Below are positions 36,509-46,051 of a stretch of 56,997 bases of DNA, in pieces. The notes under the pieces were generated by a model. That model saw nothing but the letters and a program-made list of their open reading frames with translations. It made no database searches and was not told the DNA's origin. The position numbers and the translations under genes were made by a program. Origin of the DNA: an uncultured Halobacteriales archaeon (GTDB lineage Archaea; Thermoplasmatota; E2; JACPAO01; JAHWKR01); assembly GCA_964452895.1 (NCBI GenBank), contig CAYVRY010000003.1, positions 1 through 56,997 on the forward strand. Reading direction: 5' to 3'. Numbering within the stretch: position 1 is the stretch's first letter; the number at the start of each line of letters is the position of its first letter.

Positions 36509-37723
36509 ATGGTGCAGTTGAAGGACATCGAGGATGCGAGGCGGAAGATCGGCTCGATGATTCATCATACGCAGCTCAAGCACAGCATGACGTTCTCTCG
36601 CGCCACGGGGGGCGAGGTCCATCTGAAGCTGGAGAATCTGCAACGCACGGGTTCGTTCAAGATTCGCGGTGCCTTGAACAAGATCTTGTCGCTGAGCGAA
36701 GCGGAGCGCAGCCAGGGGGTGATCGCGGCGTCGGCGGGCAATCATGCGCAGGGGGTCGCGTTGGCGGCGACGACGGTGGGGATCAAGAGCGTGATCGTGA
36801 TGCCGCGCGACGCCGCGCACGCGAAGGTGGAGGCGACGCAGGGGTACGGAGCCGAGGTGGTGTTGACGGGGGAGGATTACGACGCGGCCTACAAGAAGGC
36901 CCGGGAGCTGCAGGAGCAGCATGGGTACACGTTCGTGCATGCTTATGACGACCCGGCGGTGATCGCGGGTCAAGGCACTCTGGGTCTGGAGATCCTTGAG
37001 GATCTGCGGGACGTGGACACGGTGGTCGTGGCGATCGGGGGAGGCGGTCTGATCTCGGGGGCGGCGGTGGCGCTCAAGGCGAAGAACCCGAAGATCCGGG
37101 TGGTGGGGGTGGAAGCGGAAGGGGCGGCTTCGGCGTTCGCGGCGCGCCAACAGGAGAAGCGTGTGCTCCTGGATTCTCCGCGTACCATCGCGGACGGGAT
37201 CGCCACCCGGATCGTGGGCGAGCGCACGTTCGAACTGATCGAGGAGCACGTGGATGAACTCGTCACGGTGAGCGACCGGGAGATCGCGCGGGCGATCTTG
37301 ATGCTCTTGGAGCGCGGCAAGACCGTTGTGGAGGGGGCGGGGGCGGCCCCGGTGGCGGCGCTTTTGGCGAAAAAATTGGACGTGCGGGACGAGAAGGTGG
37401 TCGCCGTTTTGTCCGGTGGGAACATCGACATCACGCTCATGGGGGAGATCGTCCAGCGGGGCTTGATGGAGGAGGGCAGGATCCTTCGGTTCACGACGGT
37501 GCTCCCGGACCGCCCGGGGGCGCTCAAGGGGATCATCGATCTGGTCGCACAGCACCGTGGCAACCTGCTGCGGATCCAGCATGACCGGGAGTTGCCGTCG
37601 TTGTCGCTCGATCAGACCCTGGTGGACATCGAGGTGGAGACCCGGGGCCCGCAGCATCTGCGCACCGTGGTCGCCGCCTTGCGGGAGCAGGGGTATGAGA
37701 TGCAGGTGCGCATCGGGGAGTAG
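36509..37723 (+). CDS. ilvA: Threonine ammonia-lyase (threonine dehydratase) with a C-terminal ACT-like domain
   Basis: PLP-lysine context GSFKIRGA, ASAGNHAQG, the glycine loop GGGGLISG and a regulatory C-terminal domain. ATG at 36509. Confidence 0.85.
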   Translation: MVQLKDIEDARRKIGSMIHHTQLKHSMTFSRATGGEVHLKLENLQRTGSFKIRGALNKILSLSEAERSQGVIAASAGNHAQGVALAATTVGIKSVIVMPRDAAHAKVEATQGYGAEVVLTGEDYDAAYKKARELQEQHGYTFVHAYDDPAVIAGQGTLGLEILEDLRDVDTVVVAIGGGGLISGAAVALKAKNPKIRVVGVEAEGAASAFAARQQEKRVLLDSPRTIADGIATRIVGERTFELIEEHVDELVTVSDREIARAILMLLERGKTVVEGAGAAPVAALLAKKLDVRDEKVVAVLSGGNIDITLMGEIVQRGLMEEGRILRFTTVLPDRPGALKGIIDLVAQHRGNLLRIQHDRELPSLSLDQTLVDIEVETRGPQHLRTVVAALREQGYEMQVRIGE

Positions 37724-37789
37724 GCCTGACCCTGAAAGGGTGGAAAAAACGGGGGGAGGGAGGAAAAGGAACGGGTCGACCTTTCGGTC

Positions 37790-38215
37790 TTACTCCGAAT
37801 AGGTGAAGGTCGCACCGGGGATCGGTGCATCGGGCCAGGCGCCCAAAGCGGTGACGCAGCCGTATGCGTAGACCGAGCCGGCCGGGACGTTGTTGCCGTC
37901 GGCGAAGCCGTCGATCCACGCGCCGTTTGCATCGTAGAAGTCCACCCAGACGACGCCGTCGTCGCTGGTGGCCGTCCAGGCGGCGCCCGGGGTGACATCG
38001 TCGATGCGTTCGGAGTCCCCGACGGGGCTGTGCACGCCGTCAGCGATCCAGAGTGCCAGATAGTCCAGGCAACCGGAGTTCTCGCCGTCGCTGGTGGTGA
38101 CTGTGAGCGTGGGGGTTGTGCGGTCCAGAGCGTCGGTCCCGAACGCCGCCAGTGCGCCGCTTGCCGAGAAGGCGAGCGTGAGCGCCGTGACGATCGTGAT
38201 GGTTGTGGTTTTCAT
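37790..38215 (-). CDS. Small secreted hypothetical protein
   Basis: Signal peptide MKTTTITIVTALTLAFSASGALA. 141 aa. No family recognised. Confidence 0.45.
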   Translation of the reverse strand: MKTTTITIVTALTLAFSASGALAAFGTDALDRTTPTLTVTTSDGENSGCLDYLALWIADGVHSPVGDSERIDDVTPGAAWTATSDDGVVWVDFYDANGAWIDGFADGNNVPAGSVYAYGCVTALGAWPDAPIPGATFTYSE

Positions 38216-38573
38216 GTTTGCATACCTCCGATCACTGCCCCACAGGTCCGGCCGGCCGCCACGCCCGGGAGAAGCGATTCACCACCTAGAGATTTGCCGT
38301 ATTACTTGAACGTTGTCCGGGTTACCCAGCCATTACCACCCGAAGACTCCCATTTTCATGAGTCAAGGCGGATTTGGACCAACGCCGAATTTCCCTATAC
38401 GTAGGCAAGTCTTCGGTATGTAAATCCGGAGGAGTGGGGAAACAGACTAAATACAGTATGTCCATTCTTGGGGGTATGTGGCTTTGCCCGGCTGGTGACA
38501 AGGCCTGCGGACGACTCCGGTCATCCGCCGGCCCCGCCGGACCGGACCAGACCACGAAGTGGAGGTAGACCAT

Positions 38574-38837
38574 ATGTACAAAATTGTAGCAGCTCTCGCG
38601 GCTCTGGCGCTCCTCGCGGTGCCCACGGTCGCCGGCGACCACGCAGACGACGAATCCGCCCTCGGTACGGGAGAAATCCCCGACGTGACCGCTGGGTTCT
38701 ACATCGCAGTCGATGAAGAGGCAGGGACCGCGGGTCTTTACGAAGAGTCCAACGAGCACGCTGGGCTCCAGACCGAGGAGACCGTCGACGAAAACGACGA
38801 GCTGGTCCCCGCCGACACCGAGATCCTGGCGCTCTAG
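38574..38837 (+). CDS. Small secreted acidic hypothetical protein
   Basis: Signal peptide MYKIVAALAALALLAVPTVAG followed by a Glu/Asp-rich sequence. Confidence 0.4.
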   Translation: MYKIVAALAALALLAVPTVAGDHADDESALGTGEIPDVTAGFYIAVDEEAGTAGLYEESNEHAGLQTEETVDENDELVPADTEILAL

Positions 38838-38903
38838 GCGTCCGGATTCCCCAGTCGATCTCTTCCCCGTTCTCTTCCATTTTTTTATGATTTGAGCCGC
38901 GGC

Positions 38904-39911
38904 TCATCCCAGTTCCTGTTCAGCCTCCTCGAGACGCGACCACAGATGGGGGACCGGGTCGTGGTCCAGCAGATCACCGGTATGAAACGGTCCGTAAAGG
39001 TGGTTCGGGGCATCCGGCTCCCACGTGGCGCCCGCCGGCCCGAGCCAGGAGTCCCCGAGGTCCACGCGGTAGCCCAGGGTCTCACTGATGACCGCGCGCG
39101 CACCGGCTCTCGGGAAGTTCGACGCGGCGGCTTCGTTGTCCACGATGCTGTTCTGGGTGAGCTCGGCCTGCCCGCCCAGGGCGTCGCCCTCCTGGAACCG
39201 GAATCCCACCGTGAGGTTCGTAAGCAGGTTCGACGAGACCCGGTTCACGAGTTGGTTGCCTTCCTGGAAATGGAAGCCACCGCCTCCATGCGCGATCACG
39301 TTGCCCTCCGCCGCCACCATGGCGGGGCCGAAGACCCGTGAACCGACGAGCGTGGACACCACGTTGATCGCGAAGTCGCTGTTGCCGATGAACACGTTCT
39401 CTTCGATCCTGGCCGTGGCGTCGTTGACCCGGACCCCGATCACGCTCCCGACGACCAGATTGTCCTTGAATTCCAGTTCGGCCCGGTTGATCAGGGATAC
39501 GGCGTGGTCGCGGTTGTCGATGAACCGCGAGCCGGTGATCACGCTCGGCGCGGCATCCGGGTAGCGCAGCTCGATGCCATGGGACTGGGCGAGCAGGCTT
39601 TCGCTCATGCGGATCGAACCGAACACCAAAAACGGCCAAAGCGGATCCGCCTCGCTGTGACGTTCCAGTTCGCTGTGCTCCACGACGATCGAGCCACCGG
39701 GTGCGACGACGATGCTTCCGCCTCTTGCGACATGGACCGAGGCGTGGGTGAGTCGCAGCGTGGCGCCGCTTGTGATGATGAGTTCATGGTCCAGTAGGAT
39801 CGTTTCGTTCTCCACGGCCTCGTCGCCGGTCACGATCCACGCATCGGGGACCGGCCCGTTCAAGGCCCCCGCTTGTGTTCCTGGAGCGACGAGGGTCGCG
39901 ACCAGGATCAT
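38904..39911 (-). CDS. Right-handed parallel beta-helix repeat protein (NosD/pectate-lyase-like fold)
   Basis: Repeated about 22-aa units with N/I/V ladders (FIDNRDHAVSL, FKDNLVVGSVIGVRV, IEENVFIGNSDFAINV, LTQNSIVDNEAAA). The hydrophobic N-terminus is very short, so the start codon may be non-canonical. Confidence 0.6.
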   Translation of the reverse strand: MILVATLVAPGTQAGALNGPVPDAWIVTGDEAVENETILLDHELIITSGATLRLTHASVHVARGGSIVVAPGGSIVVEHSELERHSEADPLWPFLVFGSIRMSESLLAQSHGIELRYPDAAPSVITGSRFIDNRDHAVSLINRAELEFKDNLVVGSVIGVRVNDATARIEENVFIGNSDFAINVVSTLVGSRVFGPAMVAAEGNVIAHGGGGFHFQEGNQLVNRVSSNLLTNLTVGFRFQEGDALGGQAELTQNSIVDNEAAASNFPRAGARAVISETLGYRVDLGDSWLGPAGATWEPDAPNHLYGPFHTGDLLDHDPVPHLWSRLEEAEQELG

Positions 39912-40105
39912 GACGATCGCGTACGATGATCTTCGAATAAGAGGGGTAAGCCATGCATCGAGATAACATCTCGCATAAGCCGTCGCGGTTTGGGGATGTT
40001 GTGGGCTTCACATCCTTGATGGTCCTCGGCGCTCAGGGCAGCCCAAGGCGGAAGCCAGCGGGCCTGGCGCCGCCGTGCGCCATGGCGATAAGCGGCGTTC
40101 TTGAC

Positions 40106-41419
40106 CTATTGCACCCGTCGTCTGCGGCGGGCGAACACGAGCGCCAGGACAAGGGGCAGCAGGATGCCGGCAGGTGCGGGGACCGTCTTGTTCTCCAGCT
40201 CCTCGGATGCATCGCGTTCCCCGGTGGCGGCGGTGGCTTCGCCTGCTGTGTCTGCGTCGGGGGCTTTCGAGACGTCGTTTTCATGCTCGTCGTGCGAGGC
40301 TTCCCCGGCTGCGGAGTCGTTTGTGTCCGAGTCTCGCCCGATGCCGTCATCGTCGGTGGCGTGGCCGTCGTCATGATCTTCTTGTTCGTCGCCGGGGTCG
40401 GATGATTCGTTGTCCCCGGGGAGGGGTTCACCGAGCCGTGCCAGGTCGACCCGCGTCACGGCGCGACTGTAGTTGTTCGCGTCCGGGCGCCCGGCGACCA
40501 GGTAGGCGTGAGCGTCCACGAGGGCGGTGCCTCCGGACCAGCGAGCGGTCTCCAAGGTGATCGGGGCCGAGAACGCGTGCGTTGCGTTGATTTCGATGAT
40601 CGCGGTGGTGCCCTCGCTGCGGTCGTTGCGGGTGGCACCGCCGAAGAGATGGGCGACCCCGTCCTGGGCGGTCATGCCTGCGTTGCGAACGCCCTCGGGG
40701 AGCGTGTAGGAGGCGGTGGTCACGGCACCGGATGACGCGTCGAAACGTACGATGGAGTCTTTCACTTCGCCGTGGTCGCCCTGTCCCCCGGCGATCACGA
40801 AACGGGTGCCGTCGAAGGCGGCGGCTGCGGAATCCACTGGGGCGGGAAGCTTGGAGGAGAGGGTCCTGACCTGGGTGAGTGTGCTGGACGGGTTGAACTC
40901 GATGATCCGGTCGCTTCGTTCGATGAAGTCGACCTTGTAGCCGCCGAAGATGTAGGCTTTGTTCCCGTCGGATGCGGCAGCGCTGTTGATGAGCAGGTGC
41001 GGCAGCCTCGCCAGGGTGAGGGTACTGGCTTGCTGCGTGCCGGGGTTGTACTCGATGATCGTGTCGGTCGCCGTGGTCCCGCTTTCGGCCCCGCCGAAGA
41101 CGTAGAACTTGCCCTGCACGTAGGCCGCGGATCCGGCAAGGCGGGCCGACGGCAGTTGACCTGCGTTTTCTGGTTCCAGGGTTTCGGGGTCGATGCGCAG
41201 GATGTCCCGGCTGGGGGTCCCTTCCGCGGATCCGCCAAACAGGTAGATGTGTTCGCCGTCCGTGGCGGCCATGGGGTCCATGAGGCCCACGCTGAGCGTA
41301 TGTTCGGATTGGACGGGGTGCTCGTCCTGGCCGGCGACGGGGACCACCACCGCCAGGGCGAGTACGAGGAAGGCCGCAAGGAACGGAGAGTGGACTGTTG
41401 GGGGGTTCGAGTGCGACAT
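40106..41419 (-). CDS. Secreted Kelch-repeat beta-propeller protein with an acidic linker and a C-terminal P-x-G/TM/Arg-rich anchor
   Basis: Signal peptide. Six xxYxFGG-type blades (HIYLFGG, KFYVFGG, KAYIFGG, FVIAGG, AHLFGG, AYLVAG). C-terminal PAPAGILLPLVLALVFARRRRR. The Met at 41419 is preferred over 41686. Confidence 0.75.
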   Translation of the reverse strand: MSHSNPPTVHSPFLAAFLVLALAVVVPVAGQDEHPVQSEHTLSVGLMDPMAATDGEHIYLFGGSAEGTPSRDILRIDPETLEPENAGQLPSARLAGSAAYVQGKFYVFGGAESGTTATDTIIEYNPGTQQASTLTLARLPHLLINSAAASDGNKAYIFGGYKVDFIERSDRIIEFNPSSTLTQVRTLSSKLPAPVDSAAAAFDGTRFVIAGGQGDHGEVKDSIVRFDASSGAVTTASYTLPEGVRNAGMTAQDGVAHLFGGATRNDRSEGTTAIIEINATHAFSAPITLETARWSGGTALVDAHAYLVAGRPDANNYSRAVTRVDLARLGEPLPGDNESSDPGDEQEDHDDGHATDDDGIGRDSDTNDSAAGEASHDEHENDVSKAPDADTAGEATAATGERDASEELENKTVPAPAGILLPLVLALVFARRRRRVQ

Positions 41420-41643
41420 GAGGGCTCCAGAGGTGAAGGAGCCCCAGGAGGTCTTACCACTTTTGGCCAGTCTTAGGTATATAGGCTTCTCTTGGGGGCC
41501 ACGAGGCCCGCCCGTGCTGTCAAGACGGGTCCAGAACGCGGCGGACCCACGGGCCATCCTCTCGGCCCCTGTCCACAGGAGGTCATGGCCATCGATCCAT
41601 TGGTCATCGGGCCACCAAAGCATGTCAATGGTAAACAGATAGC

Positions 41644-42756
41644 TTGAAATGGGGATTTGTCGTGGGCACCGCGATGAGCGCACCACGTCAGACCCACACG
41701 AGTGTCCTTGGTAACGTGGAGATCCCGATCACCTATTCAGCGGAGGAGGCCGTGGGGCTCATGCAGGAAGCCGGCGTCGTGGGTGCAGGCGGCGCGGCCT
41801 TCCCGACCTATGTGAAGTACAAGGACACCCCGCAGGCGCTCGCCGTGAATGCTGCAGAGAGTGAACCGGGGTACTACGCCGACAAGATCCTGCACCGGGA
41901 CGAACCGGAGGCGTTCATCAATGTCTTCGAATGGATGAAGGCGACCTTCAGCATGGAGATCATGCTCGTCATCGCCGAGGACGTCGCAAAGCCCTACATG
42001 GAGCCCATGGAAGAGCTTGCCCAGAAACTCCATAATTTCTCGATCTCCTACATCGAACCCAAATACAAGTTCGGACAGGAGAAGGCCCTCTTGAAGGCCG
42101 CTTTGGGGCTGAACATCCCGAAAAAGGAGATCCCGCCGAACTATGGGTTCATCGTGAACAACACGGAGAGCATCTTCAACATCTACCGCGCGGTCTTCCG
42201 GGAGCGCCCCGTCGTCACGAAGTTCATGCACTTCTACGGGGAAGTGGGCGAGAACGTGAAAGCATACGAGGTGCCCGTGGGCACCTTGGCCCACGACCTG
42301 GTGGAGATCTACGGCGCGGAGGCGAAAGAGGTAAGGGATTGCATCCTCTACGACGGAGGGCCCATCCTTTCCGAGAAAGTGGCCGAACCCATGGGCGAAG
42401 AATGCCTGGTCCCCGTCACGAAGAGCACGAACGCGTTCCTCGTCGTGGATCCCGAGAAAGCCCGCCTGAAGAAGAAGCACTACCCGCACCCGGACTACGA
42501 GCACAACACGATCGATTGTCCATGGGCCCCGGACAAGATCGACAACCTGGAGGGGGACATCCATCGGGTGCGGATCCCGCTCACGGGGAAGTTCCAGAGC
42601 CCCGGGCGCCTCGACGTGAAGGAAGGTGACGAAGTACGGGCCCGTGAGACCCTGGCGGAACCCGCATCGGAGGGGTTCAGCGTCGGGGTCCATGCATCGA
42701 TCGACGGCAAGGTCACCAAGATCACGGACGACTGGATCGAGATCGTGCGCCAATAA
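41644..42756 (+). CDS. RnfC/NqrA-like SLBB-domain protein lacking Fe-S motifs, with the RnfC_N-type barrel at its C-terminus
   Basis: GVVGAGGAAFPTYVK and NAAESEPGYYADKIL match the RnfC nucleotide-binding region. C-terminal IPLTGKFQSPGRLDVKEGDEV...VHASIDGKVTKI matches the barrel-sandwich hybrid that sits N-terminally in RnfC. No CxxCxxCxxxCP motif is present. Confidence 0.55.
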   Translation: MKWGFVVGTAMSAPRQTHTSVLGNVEIPITYSAEEAVGLMQEAGVVGAGGAAFPTYVKYKDTPQALAVNAAESEPGYYADKILHRDEPEAFINVFEWMKATFSMEIMLVIAEDVAKPYMEPMEELAQKLHNFSISYIEPKYKFGQEKALLKAALGLNIPKKEIPPNYGFIVNNTESIFNIYRAVFRERPVVTKFMHFYGEVGENVKAYEVPVGTLAHDLVEIYGAEAKEVRDCILYDGGPILSEKVAEPMGEECLVPVTKSTNAFLVVDPEKARLKKKHYPHPDYEHNTIDCPWAPDKIDNLEGDIHRVRIPLTGKFQSPGRLDVKEGDEVRARETLAEPASEGFSVGVHASIDGKVTKITDDWIEIVRQ

Positions 42757-42762
42757 CCGTAG

Positions 42763-44091
42763 ATGTTCCGCGCGGATTCGTTCATGTTCATTGGGTCTTC
42801 ATCAGCGACGCACCCCCGGGACCAAGAGTCGTCCGTAGACAATAAGACCGCCGCGGACGTTGCCCATGAGCCCACCGTCCCCCCGGTCGCCCAGCCCGGT
42901 GTATCCACCGAGGCACCGCTTTCCGTCACGGCACCTCCTGCGACTCCCCGTCAACGGCTGCGGCGTCTGATCCGGCTGCAGGTCTATTACGGGTTTTTCG
43001 CCACGCTGCACTGGATCCTGCTCTATTTCTTCCTGCTCAACGAGTTGGAGACGCCGCTCATGTTCGTGCTTCTGCTGGCGGCGTTCTTCTACACGGTGGC
43101 CGCGCTGGTCATGATCCTGCTGCCGGCCATGGAGTACCGCTGGGCGTTGCGGACCGGGTTCTTCGTCCGGATCCTGGCGATCCTCCCATTCTGGCTCTGG
43201 CCCACCCCCGCCGGGATCTTCGTGGGCGGGTTCTTCTTCGGCTTGGCTCAATCCCTGTTCTGGGTGCCCTACAACCTGATCTTCTTCGAGCACCGGGCGC
43301 GCAGCGTGAACGCGGGGACCAGTGCGATCGCGTTCTCCGTGCAGCCCGTGCTGGATGTCATCGCCGCCATCGCGGCGGGTCTGATCGTCCTGCGCTTCGG
43401 CTACCCGGGCCTGTTCGCCTCCGCCTTCATCATCGGGCTCGTGGGATGGCCGGGGACCCTGCGTCTTGAACCGCGCACCCGGACACGGATCGAGATCTGG
43501 GCCCGCCTGGCCCGCTTGAAGAAACTGCGGCTCCTGATGTACCTGGACGGAGTGAGCCAGGGGGTCGTATGGATCGGGGTCGCGGTGGTGACGGTCGTGT
43601 TCATTGATTCCGCGCTCGAATACGCCGCGTTCTTCGCGGTCTTGGGGATCGTGGGCGGCGTGGCGGCCTTGCTCCTGGGGCGCATGTCGGACAAGCGCGC
43701 CAAACGGTTCGCATTCATCTGGCCCATCGCGTTGGTCTTCGGCCTGGCGAACATCGTCAGCGCGTTCGCCGTCTCCATCTGGGTGTGGGGGGCGGCCCGG
43801 GCGTTCTCCACGTTCTTCGGGCTCGTCTTCGACCCGTTCAAGAACGCCGTCTACCTGGACACCGCGACCACGGTGGAGGACCTGTACATGGGGCGTGAGC
43901 TCTTGATGAACTGCGGTCGCGTCACGGGCGCGTTGGTCCTGATGGCCGCTTACGGGTTGGGCAACATCCAGTCGGCGCTCCTGGTCGCGGGGGGGATCGC
44001 CATCGCGGTCCCGATCCTGATCTCCGTGGGCGACCTCTATCCGCAGGAGCGCTTCGTGCTCAAGCCGTGGCGCATGGCCTGGCGGCAGTGA
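42763..44091 (+). CDS. Polytopic membrane protein, MFS-like transporter
   Basis: About 10-12 hydrophobic segments after a roughly 75-aa low-complexity N-terminus. Basic loops between TM pairs (GRMSDKRAKRF). Confidence 0.5.
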   Translation: MFRADSFMFIGSSSATHPRDQESSVDNKTAADVAHEPTVPPVAQPGVSTEAPLSVTAPPATPRQRLRRLIRLQVYYGFFATLHWILLYFFLLNELETPLMFVLLLAAFFYTVAALVMILLPAMEYRWALRTGFFVRILAILPFWLWPTPAGIFVGGFFFGLAQSLFWVPYNLIFFEHRARSVNAGTSAIAFSVQPVLDVIAAIAAGLIVLRFGYPGLFASAFIIGLVGWPGTLRLEPRTRTRIEIWARLARLKKLRLLMYLDGVSQGVVWIGVAVVTVVFIDSALEYAAFFAVLGIVGGVAALLLGRMSDKRAKRFAFIWPIALVFGLANIVSAFAVSIWVWGAARAFSTFFGLVFDPFKNAVYLDTATTVEDLYMGRELLMNCGRVTGALVLMAAYGLGNIQSALLVAGGIAIAVPILISVGDLYPQERFVLKPWRMAWRQ

Positions 44092-44124
44092 TCATCCTGC
44101 GCGCCCCGGGCCGTCGGTCGCCGC

Positions 44125-45030
44125 TCATCCGCCCGGGTGCACCGGTTCGTCGCCGTGTCCGGGGGTCGCGCCATACGTGTCCCGCCTCGGCCCGATTCTT
44201 TTCTCCAGGGCAAGACCGGCGCCGTACGCGAGCAGGGCGACGAGCACGCCGGCGACGATGTCCAGCGCCCAGTGCACCTGCAGGTAGACGACGCTGAAGG
44301 CCACAGTGGGCGCGTAGACGACGACGGTGCGCCTGAAACGCGGGTTCACGGAGTGCAGGCCATGGAGCATGATCAGCGTGGCGAGGCCCACGTGCAGCGA
44401 CGGGATCGTGTTGTCGATGGTGGTGCCGCGGTAGAAGAGTGCGGTGGTGCCGGGGATCACCCGGTCGAGCACGCTGTCCAGTCCGAGGTAGACCGTCGGG
44501 TTGGTGGCCGGGAAGAAGGTGAAGCCGGGTAGCGCGAACAGCCAGATCATCAGGTAGGAGACAAGAAGCCGCCGCACGATGCGGCGTTCCCCGGTGTAGG
44601 CCAGGAAGAACGGGGCGATGAAGATGAAGGCGTTGTGCAGGACGAGGTAGACCCAGAACAAGACGAAGAGCAGGGGGCCCCAGTGCAGCGTGCTGAGCCA
44701 GGGGACGAGTTCGCCTTCGATGGCGTAGAGGAAGCCGGCGAAATCGAAACCGGTCAGGTCCAGCCACCATTCCCGGGTGACCGGGTTCAGCAGGTTCACC
44801 TGCACGACGTGCCCGATGATCGCGATGACCCCGAACAGCACGAAGCGCCGGTCCTGGGCAAGGCGGGACAATGTGAGCCCGAGGGCTTTGCCGGGAGAGG
44901 TGTATCGCTTCTCCGGCGGTGATGCAAAAAAATAGAAGGCGGCCGCGAAGGTGAGGCCCACGAGCAGGAAGAGCGGCCCGAGCAGCATGGCTGGCAACTC
45001 CGCTATAGCCATCCCTCCGCCTCGTACCAT
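44125..45030 (-). CDS. PAP2_C-type membrane phosphotransferase (sphingomyelin/IPC-synthase-like)
   Basis: Six TM segments. IPSLHVGLA and VHWALDIVAGVLVA correspond to the PSxH and HxxxD(V/I)xxG motifs of the PAP2_C/AUR1/SMS group. Alternative ATG at 45012. It overlaps the 3' end of the SDR gene. Confidence 0.6.
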   Translation of the reverse strand: MVRGGGMAIAELPAMLLGPLFLLVGLTFAAAFYFFASPPEKRYTSPGKALGLTLSRLAQDRRFVLFGVIAIIGHVVQVNLLNPVTREWWLDLTGFDFAGFLYAIEGELVPWLSTLHWGPLLFVLFWVYLVLHNAFIFIAPFFLAYTGERRIVRRLLVSYLMIWLFALPGFTFFPATNPTVYLGLDSVLDRVIPGTTALFYRGTTIDNTIPSLHVGLATLIMLHGLHSVNPRFRRTVVVYAPTVAFSVVYLQVHWALDIVAGVLVALLAYGAGLALEKRIGPRRDTYGATPGHGDEPVHPGG

Positions 45031-45989
45031 TCATGGGTCGCACGCAGCCCGCGGGTGAGGTCCATGCGCGGTTGCCAGGTCATGGCGTCCACGGTGCTCG
45101 TGTCCGCCACCCAGTGTTTGGCGCGGAGTTCGCGCACTTTGTCGGGGTTCAACATGGCCGGGCGTCCGGTGAACCGGCCCATGAGCCCGGTGAGTCGCGC
45201 GCTCCCGGTGAGCAGGGGGGCCGGGATCCGGAGGTTGCGAAGCGGGCGCGTGCCGAGGGCCTGGGCCAGGCTGGCGCGCACTGTGTCGTTCGTGTGCGGG
45301 GGACCGTCGGCGGGTTCCAGGATCCGTACTTCGTGGGTCGGCAGCGAGGTTCCAAGTTGATCGACGACGAGCCGGGCGCAGTCGGGCCCGTAGAGCATGC
45401 TGAAGTGGGCGTCGGGGGGGACCAGTACGGGGTACAGGCCGTACCGGGCGGTCTTCAGCAGACCCAAGAGCCCGCGGTCGCGTGGGCCGTAGAGGGCCGG
45501 GGGGCGCACGATCAGGGTTTTCACGGGGTGCTTCCTGGCATGATCGCGCACGGCGCTTTCGCCACCGAGTTTGCTTGCTCCGTAATCGGAGAGCGGGTGC
45601 GGTTTGGCGCCCGCGGGCCTTGGTGCCGGTGTGGGGCTGGGGCCTTTTGCGGCGAGACTGGAGACGTGGATCAAGGTCTCGACCGGGTTCTTCGTGCAGG
45701 CGGCGAGCAGGTTCCGCGTGCCCGTGGTGTTTGCTTCATGGTAGCCGTGCCGGTTGCTGGCTGCGACGGTACCGGCGGCATGGATCACGGCGTCGGCGTC
45801 CCGGACGAGCCGTTCGAGACGGTCCACTTCGGTCAATGAGCCGGGGATCTGGGTCACGCCCAGCGTGTCGAGGTGCTTCCGGTCGCTCGTGGGGCGCACG
45901 AGACAGACCGCTTCGTGCCCGTTCCCGGTGAGTTGCTCGGCGATGTGCGCGCCGAGGAATCCTGTGCCCCCGGTGACGGCGACGCGCAT
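45003..45989 (-). CDS. NAD(P)-dependent epimerase/dehydratase-type SDR (candidate 3-keto reductase)
   Basis: N-terminal VTGGTGFLGAHIA Rossmann motif and YGASK (YxxxK) catalytic motif. 328 aa. Confidence 0.75.
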   Translation of the reverse strand: MRVAVTGGTGFLGAHIAEQLTGNGHEAVCLVRPTSDRKHLDTLGVTQIPGSLTEVDRLERLVRDADAVIHAAGTVAASNRHGYHEANTTGTRNLLAACTKNPVETLIHVSSLAAKGPSPTPAPRPAGAKPHPLSDYGASKLGGESAVRDHARKHPVKTLIVRPPALYGPRDRGLLGLLKTARYGLYPVLVPPDAHFSMLYGPDCARLVVDQLGTSLPTHEVRILEPADGPPHTNDTVRASLAQALGTRPLRNLRIPAPLLTGSARLTGLMGRFTGRPAMLNPDKVRELRAKHWVADTSTVDAMTWQPRMDLTRGLRATHEWYEAEGWL

Positions 45990-46051
45990 CAGGCACCTCG
46001 GTCAGGCGGTGCTCGGCGTCGGCGCAGGGTGCCCCGCTTCGCGGCCATGGT

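Noticed and set aside
35705-37657. 650-aa minus-strand ORF, and similar long ORFs at 242-1282, 566-1381, 2361-4151, 19677-20756, 48573-50201 and 53839-55365
   Set aside because: They lie antisense or out of frame to genes with clear family motifs. Their translations are Arg/Pro/Gly/His-rich low complexity, typical of spurious ORFs in GC-rich DNA.
38216-38573. A lower-GC 358-nt intergenic region between two small secreted-protein genes, as a possible ncRNA or mobile-element scar
   Set aside because: I could identify no repeats, no recognisable RNA motifs and no coding signal. It is most simply a divergent promoter region.
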